Virus record (IMG/VR): IMGVR_UViG_3300027963_003275
Location: 1 to 64,000 of that record
Length of the DNA: 64,000 nucleotides
Reading direction: 5' to 3' (one strand)
From: a virus
Lineage: Duplodnaviria > Caudoviricetes
Shown here: piece after piece, positions 58,106 to 64,000 of the stretch
Layout: each line of letters opens with the position of its first letter
Numbering within the stretch: position 1 is the first letter of the stretch
Made by a program: the position numbers and the translations under genes
Notes under the pieces: model-generated
What the model was told of the DNA's origin: nothing
What the model saw: the letters and a program-made list of their open reading frames with translations, nothing else
Databases searched by the model: none

Positions 58106-58213
58106 ATGTCACAAGTAAAAACTAAAAACAACTGGCAGCTTGTTTTAATCAAGCAACAAAAAGAAAAAGAACAACGCAAACACCAAGCAAAACTTGCAAT
58201 GGCAATGCGTTAA
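58106..58213 (+). CDS. 35-aa basic peptide downstream of the riboswitch (possible DUF4278/GS-inactivating-factor analogue)
   Basis: AAGGAG RBS; MSQVKTKNNWQLVLIKQQKEKEQRKHQAKLAMAMR. Confidence 0.65.
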   Translation: MSQVKTKNNWQLVLIKQQKEKEQRKHQAKLAMAMR

Positions 58214-58219
58214 TAATCT

Positions 58220-58256
58220 AGGAGGGATTGATTCCCTCCTTTTTTTATGCTAGAAT
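58220..58256 (+). terminator. Terminator overlapping a sigma70-like promoter
   Basis: AGGAGGGA-ttgat-TCCCTCCT + T-run; TTGATT-17-TAGAAT. Confidence 0.75.
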
Positions 58257-58277
58257 GAGATGAGATAACTTTATTAT

Positions 58278-58433
58278 ATGGATAGAGAAAAAGTTAAATT
58301 GATTATAAGAAATATGGAACTGCTTTTAGATTCTTTGAAAGCAGAAATCTATACAGACGTTCAAGCACATAAAGTAAAAAGTAATCAACGAATTATTGAT
58401 TACGATGAAGTATTTGAGGATAATGATGACTAG
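58278..58433 (+). CDS. Small hypothetical protein (51 aa, MDREKVKLIIRN...)
   Basis: Manual translation; acidic DYDEVFED tail. Confidence 0.65.
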   Translation: MDREKVKLIIRNMELLLDSLKAEIYTDVQAHKVKSNQRIIDYDEVFEDNDD

Positions 58434-58590
58434 CAGATCAAAACAGTTGGTTAAACTACTTAAAAAATTAATCAAACAGGAACATTTGTATTCAGATAAA
58501 CAACTGAAAGAAATGAAATCACAATTGAGAGTTGTGGAAACCGAACTTGTTCAATTGGAAAAACTTACATCAAAAGGATTTGGAAAATGA
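58423..58590 (+). CDS. Small hypothetical protein
   Basis: HLYS...MK.QL...KGFG. Confidence 0.65.
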   Translation: MMTSRSKQLVKLLKKLIKQEHLYSDKQLKEMKSQLRVVETELVQLEKLTSKGFGK

Positions 58591-59276
58591 AACCAGAAGT
58601 TAAACTCATTTCTGCCACACCAAACGCAGAACAACATATTGCTTATTGTGCCCGTGTAAGTAATCCAAAAAATCAAGAGAACTCAAACTTTGAAGGATTG
58701 CTTAAATATTGTATTAAGAATCAACACTGGAGCATCTTTGAACATGCATTCCTCACAGTTGAAATTAATACCTCGTTGGCGATTGCTACGCAAATCTTGC
58801 GTCATAGGTCTTTCACATTCCAACAATTCAGTCAAAGATATGCCGATAGTACGGAACTTCAAGTTGAACTTCCTGTACCTGATCTGCGGAGACAAGATAC
58901 AAAAAATAGACAAAATAGTACGGACGATCTTGGAAGTGATCTAACAGAAACTATGAGTTTGTTGATTAAAAATCATTTTGAAGAGAGTTTGAATATCTAC
59001 AATCTTCTTCTTGCTCAAGGAGTAGCAAAAGAATGTGCCCGTTTCGTGCTCCCACAGGCAACACAGACCCGTTTGTATATGTCGGGTTCTCTAAGGTCAT
59101 GGATGCACTATATCGACCTTCGTAGTGCTCACGGCACCCAGAAGGAGCATATGGAGGTTGCTGAAGCAATCCGTTGTATCTTTACCTGTCAGTTTCCTAC
59201 AATCTCTTCTTCTCTTGGTTGGGGTAGAGAAAACTGCCCTGAATGTATGGATGCACCTTCTATTACATTGGAATAA
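58587..59276 (+). CDS. thyX: Flavin-dependent thymidylate synthase
   Basis: HWSIFEH, RHRSFTFQQFSQRY, KECARFVLP, RSWMHY..LR. Confidence 0.96.
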   Translation: MKPEVKLISATPNAEQHIAYCARVSNPKNQENSNFEGLLKYCIKNQHWSIFEHAFLTVEINTSLAIATQILRHRSFTFQQFSQRYADSTELQVELPVPDLRRQDTKNRQNSTDDLGSDLTETMSLLIKNHFEESLNIYNLLLAQGVAKECARFVLPQATQTRLYMSGSLRSWMHYIDLRSAHGTQKEHMEVAEAIRCIFTCQFPTISSSLGWGRENCPECMDAPSITLE

Positions 59277-59300
59277 ATATCTTTACATATTATTAAAATA

Positions 59301-59540
59301 ATGCCAACTTATCGATTCGAAAATACAGAAACTGGTGAAATCTTTGAAAAATGGATGTATATGGCGGAAAAGGAACCTTTTCTCCAAGAAAATCCAAATA
59401 TCAAACCACTCATTCCCACACAAATGAATGTTGGGGAGGTGGGTGATTTATTGAGTAGACATGTTAGAAGAAACCCTGGATGGAATGATGTTCTACACAA
59501 GGTTTCAAAAGTTCCAGGCGCAAACGTAAAACCTATTTAA
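59301..59540 (+). CDS. Conserved hypothetical (FmdB-like) protein
   Basis: MPTYRF...TGE, GWNDVL.KV...PG. Confidence 0.7.
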   Translation: MPTYRFENTETGEIFEKWMYMAEKEPFLQENPNIKPLIPTQMNVGEVGDLLSRHVRRNPGWNDVLHKVSKVPGANVKPI

Positions 59541-59542
59541 CT

Positions 59543-60301
59543 ATGGCAAGAAAAAGAAGGAGCAATGATAACCACCCAATTGGAGTTGGTTTGACGACTA
59601 GGCAAACAAAGAGAAAGAAACCAATTAGTGCTGAATATTTGGTTGATGTTGAACCTCTTACAGAAAATCAAAGAAAACTTTTTGAAGCATATAAAGAAGG
59701 TAAGCATTTAGTTGCTTATGGTGCTGCTGGTACAGGTAAGACCTTTATTACTCTTTACAACGCACTCAAAGATGTATTTGATGAAACAACACCATACGAA
59801 CAAATCTATGTGGTTCGTTCTCTTGTAGCAACTCGTGAGATTGGTTTTCTTCCAGGCGACCACGATGATAAGTCTGCTCTTTATCAAATTCCTTATAAGA
59901 ATATGGTAAAGTATATGTTCCAGATGCCAAGTGATGCTGACTTTGAGATGCTTTATGGTAATCTCAAATCACAAGAAACCATTAAGTTTTGGAGCACATC
60001 TTTCATTCGTGGTACAACACTTGATAATTCAATCATCATTATTGATGAAATGCAAAATCTTAATTTTCACGAATTGGATTCTATCATCACTCGTGTGGGT
60101 GAGAATAGTAGAATTTGTTTCTGTGGTGATGCAACTCAATCTGATTTGGTAAAAGGAAATGAAAGGAATGGTATTGTTGACTTTATGAATATTTTGAGAA
60201 AAATGGATTCATTTGAGTTGGTAGAATTTGGTGTTGATGATATTGTTCGTTCTGGACTTGTGAAAGAATATATTACTGCAAAACTTGAACTCGGGTTGTG
60301 A
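59543..60301 (+). CDS. phoH: PhoH-family ATPase
   Basis: GAAGTGKT, IGFLPG, FIRGTT, DEMQN, TRVG, GD..QSDL. Confidence 0.95.
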   Translation: MARKRRSNDNHPIGVGLTTRQTKRKKPISAEYLVDVEPLTENQRKLFEAYKEGKHLVAYGAAGTGKTFITLYNALKDVFDETTPYEQIYVVRSLVATREIGFLPGDHDDKSALYQIPYKNMVKYMFQMPSDADFEMLYGNLKSQETIKFWSTSFIRGTTLDNSIIIIDEMQNLNFHELDSIITRVGENSRICFCGDATQSDLVKGNERNGIVDFMNILRKMDSFELVEFGVDDIVRSGLVKEYITAKLELGL

Positions 60302-60978
60302 TGTTTAACTATGTGGATTTGGATCTCCCTCAATTAGAGAGGGAGACTATTGATGGGGTTCGTTATTATAAGGTTCCCAATGAGGATGAGTTATTAAGAC
60401 TTGTCTCTATTACTTCTGTAACCAGTCATAAGAACCGTCAGTTCTTTGCTGATTGGAGAAAGAAAGTAGGAGAAGAACAAGCAAATAAAATCACAAAGCA
60501 AGCAACCAGTCGTGGGACTGATATGCATACACTTGCTGAAATGTATTTGAAGAATGAAGAATTTAATTCTGAAGTTCTTCCAATTTCGCAAATGTTATTT
60601 GGGATTGCGAAACCTTATTTGAATAAGATAAATAATATTCATGCACTTGAAAACTCTTTGTATAGCAAAGTTTTAGGTATTGCGGGAACTGTTGATTGTA
60701 TTGCAGAATATAATGGTGAATTGGCAGTTATTGACTTTAAGACTTCTAAGAAACCAAAACCAAGAGATTGGATTGAGCATTATTTCGTACAGTGTGCTGC
60801 CTATGCTTGCATGTTATACGAGATGACTGGTATAATGGTAAAGAAGTTTGTAATTATAATGGCTTGTGAAAACGGAGAATGTGAAATTTATGAAGAATAC
60901 GACAAAGGAAAGTACATCAAGTTACTCACCGAATATATTAGAGAATTTGTTAGAGATAAACTTCAGCAATATGAATGA
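60298..60978 (+). CDS. PD-(D/E)XK exonuclease (RecB/Cas4-like)
   Basis: SITSV, RGTDMH, AGTVDC, IDFKTS, Q..AY. Confidence 0.88.
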   Translation: MMFNYVDLDLPQLERETIDGVRYYKVPNEDELLRLVSITSVTSHKNRQFFADWRKKVGEEQANKITKQATSRGTDMHTLAEMYLKNEEFNSEVLPISQMLFGIAKPYLNKINNIHALENSLYSKVLGIAGTVDCIAEYNGELAVIDFKTSKKPKPRDWIEHYFVQCAAYACMLYEMTGIMVKKFVIIMACENGECEIYEEYDKGKYIKLLTEYIREFVRDKLQQYE

Positions 60979-61228
60979 TAAAATCAAGGAAGAAATAGAC
61001 AGCAAATTTTTGTGTCCTCAAAAGTTTGCTCAGGATATAGAGAATATTGTCAAAGAATCTAAAATCAATTATATTGATGCAATCGTCACGTATTGTGAAG
61101 AAAATAGTATTGAAATTGATACTATATCTAAATTAGTTTCTAAACCTTTGAAGGAGAAACTTAAAAATGATGCAACGGAATTAAATTTTTTGAAAAAAAC
61201 TACTCGTGCTGCTAAATTGCCGTTGTGA
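60971..61228 (+). CDS. gp33: Late-transcription coactivator
   Basis: NYIDAIV.YCEEN, SKPLKEKLK..A..LNFL. Confidence 0.9.
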   Translation: MNDKIKEEIDSKFLCPQKFAQDIENIVKESKINYIDAIVTYCEENSIEIDTISKLVSKPLKEKLKNDATELNFLKKTTRAAKLPL

Positions 61229-61815
61229 CACCCTTTGATGTATATAAAACTTACTTAGCATTCAAAAATCATTTTACAAAAGAAAATTACGACTACTTTA
61301 AGTATTGTGGAAAGTCCAGAGCATCTCTGGACTCTTTTCATAAGAGAAAGGATAGATATTTCTTTGAACGAACTTCTAGGCAGAAGAATGATGATGAAAT
61401 CAAAGCATATTTTGTAGCAAACTTTGCTGAATGTAATGATACTCAATCTTTATGGATTGGTGAAATCATTGAAAATGGAGAGCAAGTTTATACAAATTGG
61501 TTAAAGAAATCTCAAAGTCTTTTTTACTTATTTAAAACAGAAGCAGAAGTTTTTATAAACAAAGATAGTTTTGTAGAATTATTTGAAATCAAAAATAATC
61601 AGCACCCAGAGATTCTCAAAAAATATTTTCAAAAAGCAATCAGTTTAGAGACAATGGTGATATTGGATATGATATTGGGTTATGTTAATAAGTTTGATAA
61701 AAAATTAACAGACCCAGTGTGGGAAACCGTCAGTTTAAGAATTCGAAAGTATCAACCATTCCTAAATATTGACGTAGCAAAGTATAAAGAAATTCTCAAG
61801 GAGATTGTTTTATGA
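61225..61815 (+). CDS. gp59: Helicase loader
   Basis: YLAFKNHFT..YDYFKY, RKDRYFF, ISLET. Confidence 0.92.
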   Translation: MTPFDVYKTYLAFKNHFTKENYDYFKYCGKSRASLDSFHKRKDRYFFERTSRQKNDDEIKAYFVANFAECNDTQSLWIGEIIENGEQVYTNWLKKSQSLFYLFKTEAEVFINKDSFVELFEIKNNQHPEILKKYFQKAISLETMVILDMILGYVNKFDKKLTDPVWETVSLRIRKYQPFLNIDVAKYKEILKEIVL

Positions 61816-62144
61816 GTAGATTTTTTGATTCAGAACAAGTCAGAGAATCTTTGTTTGAACTTGATAAACTACAACATAAACTTTTTAGTGAATTGATGGA
61901 AATTCCTTTTTCTGATACAGATAAAAAAAGGGAACATCTAGAAACGATGAAACAATTTTTGGAAAAACAAAAAGTTTTTATTTTTAGAATGTCTCTATCT
62001 GATGACCCAGACGCAGTAGAAATGAGAAATCGAATTCTTGATTCTGCTTTACTGTTTGGGTTAGAACCAGGAGATGATATCAATACGTTTTTTGCGAAGA
62101 TGGAAGAGTCAATTGAAAAACTTGAAAAGACCCTTGACGACTGA
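61812..62144 (+). CDS. Conserved cyanophage protein (DUF1825-like)
   Basis: FFDSEQV, KQKVF.FRMSLSDDP.A. Confidence 0.75.
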   Translation: MSRFFDSEQVRESLFELDKLQHKLFSELMEIPFSDTDKKREHLETMKQFLEKQKVFIFRMSLSDDPDAVEMRNRILDSALLFGLEPGDDINTFFAKMEESIEKLEKTLDD

Positions 62145-62162
62145 CCTTATATCTGCTATACT
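62134..62162 (+). promoter_or_regulatory. Sigma70-type promoter for gp32
   Basis: TTGACG-17-TATACT. Confidence 0.7.
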
Positions 62163-62206
62163 TAATATGTACAATACTCTCAATACTACTAATACGGAGA
62201 ATACAA

Positions 62207-63106
62207 ATGTCTTTTGCTGATCTTAAAAAACAATCCAAGATGGGTTCTTTGACTGAAAAACTCATTAAACAAGTTGAGAAACTCAACGATGGTGGTTCCA
62301 AAGATGATGATCGTTTTTGGAAACCTGTAATGGATAAAGGTGGAACTGGTTCTGCTGTAATCCGTTTTCTTCCTGCTCCCGAAGGTTGTGAACTTCCTTG
62401 GGCACAGGTTTGGTCTCACGCATTTCAAGGAACTGGTGGTTGGTTGATTGATAATTGCCTCACTACTTTGGGACAAAACTGTCCTGTATGTGAAGCAAAC
62501 CGTGAACTTTGGAATACTGGTAGTAAGGATAACCAAAACATTGTTCGTGATCGTAAGCGTAAGCTTTCTTATTTCGCAAACATTTATGTTGTAAAAGACC
62601 CTGTGAACCCTGCGAATGAAGGACGAGTGTTCCTTTATAAGTTTGGTAAGAAAATCTTTGATAAGATTATGGCTTCTATGCAACCAGAGTTTGATGATGA
62701 AGAACCAATCAATCCTTTTGATTTCTGGAAGGGTGCTAACTTCAAACTGAAGTTGGTGAAAAAAGATGGTTATTGGAACTACGATAAGTCAGAGTTCGCA
62801 CCATCTTCTGCTCTTCTTGAAGATGATGATGAACTGGAAACAATCTATAAATCACTCAACAACTTGAATGATTTTGTTTCTCCAAGTGAGTTCAAGTCTT
62901 ATGAAGATTTGAAGAAACGTCTTGATTATACACTTGGTCTCAAAGGAACTCCTAAGTATCAAGACCCCGAGACGATTGGTGAAGAGGAAGAAGATGAAGT
63001 TTCACGTCCTGCGAAGGAAACTACTTCAGTTCGTCCTTCTGCTTCTAGTGATGACGAGGACGAGGATGATGCGATGTCTTACTTCCAGAAGTTGGCAGAG
63101 TCCTGA
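62207..63106 (+). CDS. gp32: Single-stranded DNA-binding protein
   Basis: DDRFWKP, AVIRFLPAP, C..CPVC, FGKKIFDK, NYDKSEF, acidic tail. Confidence 0.97.
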   Translation: MSFADLKKQSKMGSLTEKLIKQVEKLNDGGSKDDDRFWKPVMDKGGTGSAVIRFLPAPEGCELPWAQVWSHAFQGTGGWLIDNCLTTLGQNCPVCEANRELWNTGSKDNQNIVRDRKRKLSYFANIYVVKDPVNPANEGRVFLYKFGKKIFDKIMASMQPEFDDEEPINPFDFWKGANFKLKLVKKDGYWNYDKSEFAPSSALLEDDDELETIYKSLNNLNDFVSPSEFKSYEDLKKRLDYTLGLKGTPKYQDPETIGEEEEDEVSRPAKETTSVRPSASSDDEDEDDAMSYFQKLAES

Positions 63107-63132
63107 TTTCAAAATCGACTTTTAAATCCATT

Positions 63133-63163
63133 TTACCCCCGAAAAAAATCGGGGGTATTTTTT
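63133..63163. terminator. Terminator between convergent genes
   Basis: TACCCCCGA-aaaaaa-TCGGGGGTA + T-run. Confidence 0.85.
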
Positions 63164-63175
63164 TGTCTGTAGGGT

Positions 63176-63472
63176 TCACACACCCATTACTTTTGGATTA
63201 TAACCACGTTTAGTATTTTGATCTACGTATTGTGAAGATTCCGCATATTTCATAATATTCTTCATATCACTTATAAAGACTGCTAAGTATTCTGGTTTTA
63301 GTATTAATAGTTTTCTTTTCTTTTCATTTTCCAAAACTTCATATTCATAATTACTGACTTCTTTGATGGATGTAGTTGTAATTTTAGACGCACTTGTATT
63401 TGTAATGGAAATTGGTTGAACGTCCGTTGATATTTTTACTTTTACACCACTTATAGGAGTTGGGGTAGACAT
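63176..63472 (-). CDS. gp53: C-terminal part of baseplate wedge gp53, as a separate ORF
   Basis: VSNYEYEVLENEKKRKLLILKPEYL..F..DM..IMKY..SSQY. Confidence 0.75.
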   Translation of the reverse strand: MSTPTPISGVKVKISTDVQPISITNTSASKITTTSIKEVSNYEYEVLENEKKRKLLILKPEYLAVFISDMKNIMKYAESSQYVDQNTKRGYNPKVMGV

Positions 63473-63488
63473 ATGGTTTTTATTTTAT

Positions 63489-63998
63489 TTAGATTTGTGG
63501 TTTGAGTTTAAATACAGGAACAATTACACCATTAACTTCTTCACCGACAATTTCGTATAATAATGGGGAAAGGACTACATCATTTTCAAATACAATATCA
63601 AGAACTTGAACTGTAGTATTTCCAGTTCTTCTTTTTACTATTGTGTTTCCACCCCAACTTGTGGGCCAATTAGTTAAAATATTTGTGATCTTGATATCAA
63701 TTTTATTTTCTCTTCCAGCAACTTTTAATTTAGAAAAGTTAGTAGTAATATCAGTTACAATTGCTTGTGTAGTTTCTGTATTGTTTTTATAAACAGGAAG
63801 ATATTGATTTAAATTAATTGTAATACTATAATTTGTATTTTCATTTGGAAATTCACTTAAAATATAGTCATTTTGACCTTCAGTAGTGGTGACTGATAGT
63901 GCTTTTGCTGGATCAACTTGATAACCACCAGGAATTACAACACGTCCATATTCGTCTCTAAACTCTACGGTTTCGTAATGATGAACTTTTCCAAGTTC
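63489..63998 (-). CDS. gp53: N-terminal part of gp53 with extra beta-rich extension (5' end beyond window)
   Basis: Manual translation ELGKVHHYETVEFRDEYGRVVIPGGYQVD...VFKLKPQI-stop. Confidence 0.75.
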   Translation of the reverse strand, partial: ELGKVHHYETVEFRDEYGRVVIPGGYQVDPAKALSVTTTEGQNDYILSEFPNENTNYSITINLNQYLPVYKNNTETTQAIVTDITTNFSKLKVAGRENKIDIKITNILTNWPTSWGGNTIVKRRTGNTTVQVLDIVFENDVVLSPLLYEIVGEEVNGVIVPVFKLKPQI

Positions 63999-64000
63999 TT

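Noticed and set aside
60298-60978. Cas4-like nuclease as a CRISPR component
   Set aside because: Standard T4-like cyanophage exonuclease in the phoH-gp33 neighbourhood; no array
62189-62683. 164-aa antisense ORF over gp32, and similar shadow ORFs (e.g. 18941-19411, 7631-7975)
   Set aside because: Opposite well-supported genes, with no motifs or expression signals
1-64000. Stop-codon reassignment
   Set aside because: Core genes are intact in the standard code and TAA, TGA and TAG all terminate genes

Overview
AT-rich 64 kb segment of a T4-like cyanomyophage (Kyanoviridae-like; freshwater origin is a guess from gene content). Almost all genes are on the + strand in the standard code. In order: replication core (gp43 C-terminus, uvsX, gp41, mazG, gp61, nrdA/nrdB); large proteins that look capsid-targeted and protease-processed; a stress/tRNA island (tail-lysozyme-like enzyme, tRNA-Gly, SLH mini-porin, Dps, orphan Phd antitoxin, tRNA-Ile(TAT)); a ~19.4 kb sugar-nucleotide/glycosyltransferase island; hli; a lysis-like module; three secreted proteins on the - strand; psbA with an antisense F-CphI-like homing endonuclease; tandem Gly-rich paralogues; nrdC; a tandem glutamine (glnA) riboswitch; thyX, phoH, exonuclease, gp33, gp59, gp32; and a split gp53. 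The most unusual signals are a 50-codon ORF nested inside a glutamine-riboswitch aptamer, a duplicated psbA promoter/leader bracketing a tailspike-like gene, a recoded psbA 3' end next to the homing endonuclease, promoters placed in hairpin loops, and modular head polyproteins, one carrying a HAD domain. All family assignments are by-eye motif recognition, not database searches.
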